NCBI GenBank assembly: GCA_035492775.1
Contig: DATJIW010000097.1
Location: forward strand, 2,500-66,499
DNA from: Vicinamibacterales bacterium
GTDB taxonomy: Bacteria; Acidobacteriota; Vicinamibacteria; Vicinamibacterales; 2-12-FULL-66-21
Direction: 5' to 3'
DNA length: 64,000 nucleotides
Shown: piece after piece, positions 35,459-45,617 of the stretch
Position numbering within the stretch: position 1 is the stretch's first letter
How the letters are laid out: the number at the start of each line of letters is the position of its first letter
The notes under the pieces: generated by a model
The model's database searches: none
What the model saw: only the letters and a program-made list of their open reading frames with translations
Told to the model about the DNA's origin: nothing
Program-made: the position numbers and the translations under genes

Positions 35459-36034
35459 GTGACTGCCAATCCGATCGAAAAGTACCTCGCCGCCGCGCGC
35501 CGCGCTTCGGAACTCGACGTCGACGTCGCACCGGCGGCACTGGCAACTGCCGACACGGACGGCCGTCCCTCGGTGCGCATCGTTCTTCTCCGGCACGTCG
35601 ATGCCGGCGGCTTCGTTTTCTATACGAACTACGGTAGCCGCAAGGGGCGCGAGCTCGACAGCAATCCGGTAGCCGCGCTCTGCCAGCACTGGCCCTCACT
35701 CGAACAACAGATTCGTGTCGAAGGCGGAGTCCAGCGTGTAGACGATGTCACGTCGGACGCGTATTTCGCCGGCCGGCCGAGAGAGAGCCAGCTCGGGGCG
35801 TGGGCGTCCGAGCAGAGCGAACGCCTCGACTCGCGAGAAACCCTCGAGCTGCGCTATCGCGATGTCGACGCGCGCTTTGCCGGAGGCGCCGTCCCGCGCC
35901 CGCCGTTCTGGGGTGGGTATCGGATCGTTCCGGTCAAGATCGAATTCTGGTACGGCCGTCCCGGGCGCATGCACGAGCGGCATCTGTACGTTCTGGCCAA
36001 CGGTGCGTGGACAGCGCGGTTTCTCTATCCGTGA
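35459..36034 (+). CDS. pdxH: Pyridoxamine 5'-phosphate oxidase
   Basis: FVFYTNYGSRKGREL, QIRVEG, YFAGRPRESQLGAWAS, PPFWGGYRIVP..IEFW. Confidence 0.9.
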   Translation: MTANPIEKYLAAARRASELDVDVAPAALATADTDGRPSVRIVLLRHVDAGGFVFYTNYGSRKGRELDSNPVAALCQHWPSLEQQIRVEGGVQRVDDVTSDAYFAGRPRESQLGAWASEQSERLDSRETLELRYRDVDARFAGGAVPRPPFWGGYRIVPVKIEFWYGRPGRMHERHLYVLANGAWTARFLYP

Positions 36035-36037
36035 TCA

Positions 36038-38455
36038 TCAATCAATCCGCAAGACGATGATCGGGTCGGCCCGTGTTGCGCGACGCGCCGGAATGATGCT
36101 GGCGATCGCGACGACCGCCGCGAGCCCAAGCGCGACCAACCCGTACGTCAGGGGATCGCCGGGTGTGATCCCGAACAGCACGCCGGCGATCAGGCGGCGG
36201 AGTATCAGCGCGCCGGCAAGACCCAGCGCGAGTCCGGTCCCCGATACCTGCGCGGCATTCCACAGGACAAGACGCAGGATCGCCCTCTGCGATGCGCCGC
36301 AGGCGACGCGAATCCCGAACTCACGCGCGCGCTGCCCCACCATGTAGGCGAGCACGCCGTACAAGCCGATGGCCGCGAGCAGCGTGGCGGACGCCGCAAA
36401 CACACCGATGAGCACCGCCGAGAACCGTTGCGAACCGATCGACTCGCCGACGAGCGCGTCGAGCGTGCGCGGATCCGAGAACGGGACATCCGGATCGACC
36501 GCGCGCACGACGGCACGAAGCTGTGGAACGAGCGCCGCCGCGTCGGATCCCGACGTCCGCGTCACCAGCGTGAACGTGTCGGAGTCTTCGTTCTGTTGCC
36601 ACGATTCGTAGATCTGGGGCCTCGGGGCGTCGTCCAGACCGTACATCTTCACGTCACTGGCCACCCCGACGATTTCGCGGAGGCCGTCCGGTCCCTGATC
36701 AACCCTGAGCCGCCGCCCGATGGGACTCACAGCGCCGAAAAAACGTCCCGCGAGCGTCTCATTGATCACCACCACACGAGGCGCACCCGCCCTGTCGCTG
36801 TTGGCCAGCTCGCGGCCGCGAAGTATCGGCACGCCCATCGCCTTGAAATAGCCGGGACTGACCACGAACAGGTTGGCGGACGGCCATTCGGCGGAAGGCG
36901 CTGTCGATCCTTCGACAACGAACGGCTCGACCATGTCGTTCACGAAAGGCATGGCTTCGGTGACGCCGACGGCGGTCACCGTCGACAACGCGGACACGCG
37001 ATCGATGACGGATCGGAAGAACTGCAGTCGCGCGGCGGCGTCGCGATACTTCGGCGCAGGCGCCCGGAGCCGAGCCATGACCGCGTGGCCGGTCACAAAT
37101 CCCGGCGATTGCCGGGACAGCACGGCGAAGCTGCGAATCAGGAGACCCGCCCCGACCAGCAGCATCATGGCGAGCGCGATTTCCGCTGTTGCGAGGGCAA
37201 AGCGTGTGCGTCTCGCAGGAGCGGCGCCGCCCTGGCGTCCGCCTGGGGCGAGCGCGCCGCGAAGATCGATTTTGGCGGCATGGAGGGCTGGAAACAGACC
37301 GAAGAGGAGCGTCGTCACGCCCGTCAACCCGGCGGCGAACAGCAGCGCCGCGCCCTGAAGAGCGATATCCCGTTCGCCTGGAATGTCGTCGGGCACGAGC
37401 GGCAGCAGCGCGCGGAGGAGCCACCGGGCGATCAGCACGCCCGCGAGCGCGCCCGTCGCGCCGAGCAGCAGGTTTTCGACGAGCAATTGCCGGACGATCC
37501 GCCCGCGGGTCGCGCCGAGCGCCGCCCGGACCGCCAACTCCTTACGGCGCCCCGCTCCGCGCGCGAGCAGCAGATTGGCGACGTTCACGCACGCGATCAG
37601 CAGCACGAGAGCCACGGCACCCAGCAGGATCAGAAGTGAGCTCCGGATATCGGACACATACCAGTCGTGCAGAGGCGTCGCGAGTACCTCCCATCCGCGA
37701 TCGTCCTCGGGGTGTGCCTCCGCCAGCCGGCGAGCGACGGCGTTGAGATCCGCGCGCGCCTGAACCAATCCGACTCCAGGTCTCACCCGCGCGATGCTGG
37801 ACAGATAATGGCTTCGATATAGCGCCCCCTCCGCAGGGGTGAACGTGAGTGGCACCCAGAGTTTGTCGACCACCGGACTCGGAAAGACGAAGCCGCTCGG
37901 CATCACGCCGATGATGGTCGCCGGCACGAGGTTGATGCGAATGCTCCTGCCGACGACATCCCGGGCCCCGCCGAACCGGGACTGCCAGATGGCATACGAG
38001 AGCAGCACCACCGGCGGCGCCCCCTCCTGCCCGTCACTTGCGAGGAAACCCCGCCCGAGAATTGGCGATACACCCAGCAGATCGAGCAGATTCGGCGTGA
38101 CCGGATCCGTTTCGAGACGCTGCGGATCCCCCGCCGCGATCTGCACGTTCGCCGACATGTACCGGAACGCCGCCAGCCCGACGAAGTCGGGTCCGACCTG
38201 CTCCTGCCAGGTCAGGAAGTTTCCCGGCGAGACCGAGAATTCCGGATACTGCGGAAGCTTCTGCTCCCGCAGCATCAGGAGGTCGTCGGGCGCGTTGTAC
38301 GGCAGCGGCCGCAGCAGCACGGCGTTGATGACCGAGAAGGTCGCCGTGTTGAATGCAATGCCGAGCGCAAGGGTCAGGACGGCGCTGACGAAATACGCGG
38401 GATGCGCCGAAAGGAGGCGAATGCCGTAGCGGACGTCCTGCGCGAGATTTCGCAT
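36038..38455 (-). CDS. ADOP-family duplicated FtsX/MacB-like permease
   Basis: MRNLAQDVRYGIRLLSAHPAYF N-terminus, two modules, C-terminus ARRATRADPIIVLRID. Confidence 0.9.
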   Translation of the reverse strand: MRNLAQDVRYGIRLLSAHPAYFVSAVLTLALGIAFNTATFSVINAVLLRPLPYNAPDDLLMLREQKLPQYPEFSVSPGNFLTWQEQVGPDFVGLAAFRYMSANVQIAAGDPQRLETDPVTPNLLDLLGVSPILGRGFLASDGQEGAPPVVLLSYAIWQSRFGGARDVVGRSIRINLVPATIIGVMPSGFVFPSPVVDKLWVPLTFTPAEGALYRSHYLSSIARVRPGVGLVQARADLNAVARRLAEAHPEDDRGWEVLATPLHDWYVSDIRSSLLILLGAVALVLLIACVNVANLLLARGAGRRKELAVRAALGATRGRIVRQLLVENLLLGATGALAGVLIARWLLRALLPLVPDDIPGERDIALQGAALLFAAGLTGVTTLLFGLFPALHAAKIDLRGALAPGGRQGGAAPARRTRFALATAEIALAMMLLVGAGLLIRSFAVLSRQSPGFVTGHAVMARLRAPAPKYRDAAARLQFFRSVIDRVSALSTVTAVGVTEAMPFVNDMVEPFVVEGSTAPSAEWPSANLFVVSPGYFKAMGVPILRGRELANSDRAGAPRVVVINETLAGRFFGAVSPIGRRLRVDQGPDGLREIVGVASDVKMYGLDDAPRPQIYESWQQNEDSDTFTLVTRTSGSDAAALVPQLRAVVRAVDPDVPFSDPRTLDALVGESIGSQRFSAVLIGVFAASATLLAAIGLYGVLAYMVGQRAREFGIRVACGASQRAILRLVLWNAAQVSGTGLALGLAGALILRRLIAGVLFGITPGDPLTYGLVALGLAAVVAIASIIPARRATRADPIIVLRID

Positions 38456-38478
38456 GTGAAGCCTGCTCGTCTTCTACG

Positions 38479-40893
<2,415 letters not shown>

Positions 40894-41005
40894 GTCAACC
40901 TCCGTGCCACGCCGAAAGCACTTAAAAACGGCGCTATTTCATCCAGGGCCGCTGCTGCCGGTCCCGACCGCGCGACACCCCAGTCGCGCGCGCGCGGCGG
41001 GGTGC

Positions 41006-41056
41006 GGGGTCTGACCCCTTTTGCGCGGCGGAGTCTGCGCGGCGGGGTCTGACCCC
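41006..41056. repeat. Two GGGGTCTGACCCC palindromes within a direct repeat (GCGGGGTCTGACCCC)
   Basis: Copies at 41006-41018 and 41044-41056, with a degenerate GCGGAGTCTGCGC between them. Each is followed by TTT(T)G on the plus strand. Confidence 0.8.
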
Positions 41057-41122
41057 GTTTGGCATACGAATTGTCAACCTTTTTGGCAGTAATTGACGCG
41101 CGTGTGGAAAAACTGTGGACGG

Positions 41123-41767
41123 TTAGTCGCCGCCGCCGCCGCGGAACTGATCCTCTTCGGCGGCGAACAGGACGTTGAAGCTGGTCAGCGACCCGTAACA
41201 CCCGGTGATGTATCCCTGTAATTTGACCTTGACGTCCTCGGGCACCTCGAGGGCATTGACCTGCTGTTCGAGGGTCCGCAGGCGGTTCCGAAGCATCACG
41301 ATCTTGTGAAAGAACGTTTCGATCGGCCACGCCTTTTCCTGCAGCCCGGCGATGCCCGGCCGAAGCACGAGCTGCCCGTCGCGCCACTTGTCGGCAGGCG
41401 CCGCGGGCGTCAGGCCGGTCTCCTCACGAATGATGCGCCGGAGCAGAAGCTCGAAGTCGACGCCGCCGATGTGCTCTGGATCCACGGGAGGAGCCGTCCT
41501 TTCTCGCTCGGATACGAGCGGGAACGTTTCATGAGCGCGAGCTGCGGACGAACGCGACGGCGGCGCCGCAGGAACCTCTCGGGCCCTCCGAGGCTCATCG
41601 CCCATGCGCGGACCGCCGCGGTAATTGTGCTCGCTTCCGCAGTAGCCGCACGACACGCGGAGCGGCTTCCCGCCTGCGTCGGCGGCGACGACGGTGTGCA
41701 TCCGATCAATCTTGCAGGCGCGGCAGAAATCCTCTATCGAATCGCCGGCGGCGAACGCATCGGCCAT
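41123..41767 (-). CDS. Zinc-ribbon hypothetical protein
   Basis: ATG 41767 (MADAFAAG...), CRAC...CGYCGS zinc ribbon, conserved-looking C-terminal helical domain, GGGGD end. The longer ORF overlaps the upstream gene. Confidence 0.6.
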   Translation of the reverse strand: MADAFAAGDSIEDFCRACKIDRMHTVVAADAGGKPLRVSCGYCGSEHNYRGGPRMGDEPRRAREVPAAPPSRSSAARAHETFPLVSERERTAPPVDPEHIGGVDFELLLRRIIREETGLTPAAPADKWRDGQLVLRPGIAGLQEKAWPIETFFHKIVMLRNRLRTLEQQVNALEVPEDVKVKLQGYITGCYGSLTSFNVLFAAEEDQFRGGGGD

Positions 41768-41820
41768 GCTTCGACTATATCGCGGGCCAATCGCCCGAGC
41801 GGCGGACGAGCCTGCACCGA

Positions 41821-43215
41821 CTACGGCGCTTTTCGACCGACGCCGATCAAACTCAGTCCGCGGCCCAATTTCATCGCCTCGATCACTTTCGCCAGCGGCA
41901 GCAGGACCTCGAATGCGCGCATCTGACGTGGATTCAGGTCGCGGCGCCCGAGCTTCTTGTTCAGCCACCAGCCGGGGACGCCCATCCTGTTGAACTCCTC
42001 CATCGAGACGATCTCGAAGCCTGCCGTCTGCATCTTCGTGTGCAGTTCTACCTGCGTGTACCGACGTTCATGGCCAATCGCGGCGTCACACGGCCCGTAC
42101 AACGACGGATGCGCCGGAACGAGGATGATTGCGTGACCGCCGGGCTCGAGGAGATCGTAGTACGCGCGCAAGACGGTTTCGTCCCCCGCGATGTGCTCCA
42201 GGACGTTGAGGCAGACGATCGTGTCGATCCGTTCCGGCTTCAGCGTTTCATACGCCGCCCTGTCGGATAGATCGAACCGCTCCGCACGCAGATTCTCGAG
42301 GTGCCCGAGGCGCCACTGCATCATCTCCACGTAGAGTGGATCGTTGTCGAGGCACACCAGCCGCTCGCGGTCCAGCAGCAGCTCGGTGAAGTTTCCGATC
42401 CCGCATCCGGCTTCGAGCACGCGCTCACCGAGGTACCGGCGGAACTGGTCGAGAACCCACCGATTCAACCCCCGCGCGCGACGCATGCTCTGAAGGACGT
42501 AGTAGCCGTCGTGCGTCGTGAACCGATCGTCGACGAAGCGGAATTTCAGCAGGCTCCAGACGGCCGAAACGGCGTCCTTCCACCCGATGTTCTTCCCCTC
42601 CGCAACGGTCCGCCCGTGATAGCTGATGGGCACTTCGTACAAACGCACGTTCCACTGGGCGAGCCTCGTCGTCAGCTCCGGCTCGATGCCGAAACGATCG
42701 CTGTGCAGCGGGGTCTGCCGGAGGATGTCAGCCCTGACGGCCTTGTAACACGTCTCCATGTCCGTCAGGTTCGTGTCGTTGAGCACGTTGGTCAGCCACG
42801 TCAGGATTTTGTTGGCCACGGTGTGCCAGTACAGGAGGACCTTGCGCTGCGACGCGGACGCGAACCGCGATCCAAATACCGCGTCGGCTTTTCCCTGCAG
42901 GATCGGAGCGATCAACGCTGGGTAGTCGTTCGGGTCGTACTCGAGATCGGAGTCCTGGATGATGGCGAGGTCACCCCGCATCTCCGCGATCGCCCGGCGG
43001 ATTGCCGCCCCCTTTCCCTGATTGACCGGCTGGCGGAATACACGCACGCGGGAATCCGCAGCCGCGATGCTCTCGAGGATTTCCACGGATTTGTCGCGGC
43101 TCCCGTCGTCGACGCAGACGACTTCGAGCGGAACGGCGACAGGACTCGCAAGGACCCGCGCCAGAATGGTCCTGAGCGTGCGCGCCTCGTTGTAAACGGG
43201 CATCAAAACGCTCAA
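41821..43215 (-). CDS. Glycosyltransferase family 2 fused to class I SAM-dependent methyltransferase
   Basis: GT2 motifs: VLMPVYNE, VDDGSRD, DSDLEYDP. MTase motifs: VLEAGCGIGNFT, LNVLEHI, GGHAIILVP. Confidence 0.85.
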   Translation of the reverse strand: MSVLMPVYNEARTLRTILARVLASPVAVPLEVVCVDDGSRDKSVEILESIAAADSRVRVFRQPVNQGKGAAIRRAIAEMRGDLAIIQDSDLEYDPNDYPALIAPILQGKADAVFGSRFASASQRKVLLYWHTVANKILTWLTNVLNDTNLTDMETCYKAVRADILRQTPLHSDRFGIEPELTTRLAQWNVRLYEVPISYHGRTVAEGKNIGWKDAVSAVWSLLKFRFVDDRFTTHDGYYVLQSMRRARGLNRWVLDQFRRYLGERVLEAGCGIGNFTELLLDRERLVCLDNDPLYVEMMQWRLGHLENLRAERFDLSDRAAYETLKPERIDTIVCLNVLEHIAGDETVLRAYYDLLEPGGHAIILVPAHPSLYGPCDAAIGHERRYTQVELHTKMQTAGFEIVSMEEFNRMGVPGWWLNKKLGRRDLNPRQMRAFEVLLPLAKVIEAMKLGRGLSLIGVGRKAP

Positions 43216-43319
43216 CAGCTTTACGTCAGTAGCCAGGGATGAATCTCCAGATGCGGGCGGTCGGGAGAGTTTACCGCGGACAATGCGGGACGCGACCGGT
43301 CAACCGTACCGGACGACGA

Positions 43320-44375
43320 TTACTTCGCCGGCCCAGTGGCCGCGGCGACGATCTCCTCCACTTTGCCATCGGCGACCAGATGTCCGAGCCGCTCTTCGTC
43401 GATACCGCCGATGCGCCCGAGGAGGAAGCGATACGGCATTGCGTGCGAGGCCTCATGCCAGCGCGCCATTTCGACGAGCGACTCCATCGCCTCGCGCCGC
43501 AAATCGCGGAGCAGCGCCGGATCCTTCCGTTCGGTCAGGGCCGACAGGAGCAAACCGGCTTTGTTGCGATCCTCCCACGTGGCCGAGTTCAGCATCGCCA
43601 CGAACGGCGATGCGGGAATCCAGCGGCCTGCCGGCTGACCCGATGCGGCCAGCACCCACAGCGCGCGGATCGCATTGTTCCGCACGGTCGCGTCCGAATC
43701 ATGGCTGGCTTCCACGAGCGCCTGAATCGACGCATGGGACTGGTCTGCGTATCCGAGGAGATGCGCGGCGGCCTGTCGATCTTCCGGCACTCGGCAGCCG
43801 CTGAGGGCGGTTTCCAGCAGCGGCTCGTGCCCGACGGCGTAATCGCGCATCGCAAGCTGTCGTGCACGAAAGCCGGCGTTCTCCGACAGCGCGTATCCCT
43901 GCGAGTGATCTTCGGCCGTTTCGCCAGCGTCGATCGCCTTCTGCATCGCATCGATCGCTTGCCCGTACAAGTCGCGTGCGGCCTGCTCCAGGCACGACTT
44001 GCCCTTTGGCGGCTTCTCTCGGCGCACCGCTCGTGAATTCCGTCCGGCGAGCCCGATATACAGCAGCAGTCTGTGCTGATCATCGCAGCAGACGCCCGAC
44101 ACGTCGGTCACCGGTTTGCCCGTGTGTGCCGTCACGACCGGATTGATGCGGATTTTCAGAAGATCGAAGTCCGCCTCGTTCAATGCGTCCCCGGACTTGA
44201 AAGGCAACGCGGCGCGGACCCCGGCGAGATCGACGCCGGACGTGCCGAAGAAATCAATGGCGCCAATCACGATGGAATCGGATTTCGAACGCGCCGATGC
44301 TGCCGCCGTACAGAGCAGACATGCGAGGACGATGACGGACGGGTACCATCCGCGCAGGCTGGCGATCTTCTTCAC
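43320..44375 (-). CDS. Secreted hypothetical protein with HEAT-like repeats
   Basis: Signal peptide, POTRA-like N-terminal segment, and C-terminal HEAT-like helices (DATVRNNAIRALWVLA). Confidence 0.55.
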   Translation of the reverse strand: MKKIASLRGWYPSVIVLACLLCTAAASARSKSDSIVIGAIDFFGTSGVDLAGVRAALPFKSGDALNEADFDLLKIRINPVVTAHTGKPVTDVSGVCCDDQHRLLLYIGLAGRNSRAVRREKPPKGKSCLEQAARDLYGQAIDAMQKAIDAGETAEDHSQGYALSENAGFRARQLAMRDYAVGHEPLLETALSGCRVPEDRQAAAHLLGYADQSHASIQALVEASHDSDATVRNNAIRALWVLAASGQPAGRWIPASPFVAMLNSATWEDRNKAGLLLSALTERKDPALLRDLRREAMESLVEMARWHEASHAMPYRFLLGRIGGIDEERLGHLVADGKVEEIVAAATGPAK

Positions 44376-44407
44376 GGATGCTGGCGTGGGCGTGCTCTCA
44401 TGCGAGA

Positions 44408-44480
44408 TGCCGGGGCGAAAAATCGAACCCCCACTTTGGGGACCTTCGGATTCTAAGTCAGATCGCCTTCGCCGGCGACT
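44408..44480 (-). pseudogene. Degenerate tRNA-Leu-like fragment (anticodon-loop TAG, intact 3' acceptor strand, broken T stem)
   Basis: Shares TGCCGGGG, AATCGAACCC and CTTCGGATTNTAAGTC blocks with the tRNA at 45408-45497, in the same orientation. There is no 5' acceptor pairing and no encoded CCA. Confidence 0.55.
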
Positions 44481-44627
44481 TGTTCCGCTGTCCGGTTCTG
44501 CTGCATAAAGGCCCTGCGGTGTTTTGCCAGCCGTCGTACCTTGTATACGGCCGGTACAAACGTCGAGCGTACGGAGCGCCGTCTGGTGTAAACGGGCGTG
44601 TCACGGCTTTTGCTGCGCGTCTGAGAG

Positions 44628-44990
44628 ATGACACGGGACGAATTCATGTATCGCCAACTGCTTTCGTGGGTCCTCGACGCGTGGTCCGCGGCTGTGGCGT
44701 TCGAGGACAGCCCGAACGAACAGTTCGGCCGTTTCGAACACGCACTCGAAATGCTGGTCGGGCTCGTGGACGATGAATTCGTGGAACGCACGAGCAGGCT
44801 TCTCCGCCGACTCTCTTCTGACCGCAGCATGCCAGCAAACGATGTGAGCGACTTATATCGCGAAGTAGAGGGGCTGGTGATCGCGACACTCGAGACCGGA
44901 GACCAATTTGTGGCTTCCCGCGCCGAGATGCTTCGCTCCTACCGCGGTCCGGCGCTCCCGTGGAGGGAACCAGAGGAACGAGTGGGATGA
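44628..44990 (+). CDS. Hypothetical protein (in lower-GC segment)
   Basis: 120-aa ORF with ATG start, acidic and helical. No family recognised. Confidence 0.45.
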   Translation: MTRDEFMYRQLLSWVLDAWSAAVAFEDSPNEQFGRFEHALEMLVGLVDDEFVERTSRLLRRLSSDRSMPANDVSDLYREVEGLVIATLETGDQFVASRAEMLRSYRGPALPWREPEERVG

Positions 44991-45098
44991 AGGGACGGCT
45001 GAATCGGGATCGTGAAACACACTCGCCCGCTGCAGCGCGGCCCAATGCCAGCGTCCGGAACGGCTTAGCTTCGGTTGCACGCCGGAGTTGCCGATACG

Positions 45099-45338
45099 AT
45101 GTTCGTGGCCAAGAGGCGAGAGGAAAGCTACGAGGCTCGCTTAACGGCAGAACTGCGCGAGTTGATCGAACAGACTCGCCATTTGCGTGAGCAACTGCGC
45201 CAGACGTTAGCCTCCCGGGGTAACCGCGCTCCACTCAGACAGCGGATCCGCGCGGAAGCCTGGCCGAGAGAGCGGCGACAGTCTTCGCTGGATCGGCGGA
45301 GAACAGCCCGGCACGGACCGGATCGGCGACACACCTGA
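45099..45338 (+). CDS. Hypothetical coiled-coil / Arg-rich small protein
   Basis: The first ATG of the ORF is at 45099 (MFVAKRREESYEARL...). C-terminal DRRR..DRR motifs. Confidence 0.3.
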   Translation: MFVAKRREESYEARLTAELRELIEQTRHLREQLRQTLASRGNRAPLRQRIRAEAWPRERRQSSLDRRRTARHGPDRRHT

Positions 45339-45407
45339 TCCTGTCGAACCCGACGTCTCGTCGTCCGCTTCCACATGCTCGCAACCGCTTGAGGGTAAGA
45401 GTGTTGC

Positions 45408-45497
45408 TGGTGCCGGGGGTGGGAATCGAACCCACACGATCCTTTTGAGATCTTCGGATTTTAAGTCCGATGCGTCTGCCAGTTTCGCCACCCCGGC
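45408..45497 (-). tRNA. tRNA-Leu (anticodon UAA), CCA encoded
   Basis: Reverse complement is GCCGGGGTGGCGAAACTGGCAGACGCATCGGACTTAAAATCCGAAGATCTCAAAAGGATCGTGTGGGTTCGATTCCCACCCCCGGCACCA. It has a 7-bp acceptor, anticodon stem TCGGA/TCCGA with loop CTTAAAA, a long variable arm, and T arm GTGGG-TTCGATT-CCCAC. Confidence 0.92.
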
Positions 45498-45617
45498 ACA
45501 GCCCGGATTGTCCCATATTGGTCTCTCGTCCGCCCGTGCGCCAATGCGGGTCGCTGACTCACTGCGATCCCGCCCGCGCGATGAAACATGCGGCACCCTG
45601 ATACCGTCTTGGGTCCC

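Noticed and set aside
40895-40909. TGGCAC-N5-TTGA on the minus strand just upstream of the ADOP gene at 40893
   Set aside because: The N5 is GGAGG, i.e. the ribosome-binding site 5 nt before the GTG start. A sigma-54 +1 would fall inside the coding region.
44408-44480. Second functional tRNA-Leu (anticodon UAG)
   Set aside because: The 5' acceptor strand does not pair with the 3' strand, the 3' half of the T stem is TTTCG instead of CCCCC, and the D arm is atypical. It was called a pseudogene/att-like fragment instead.
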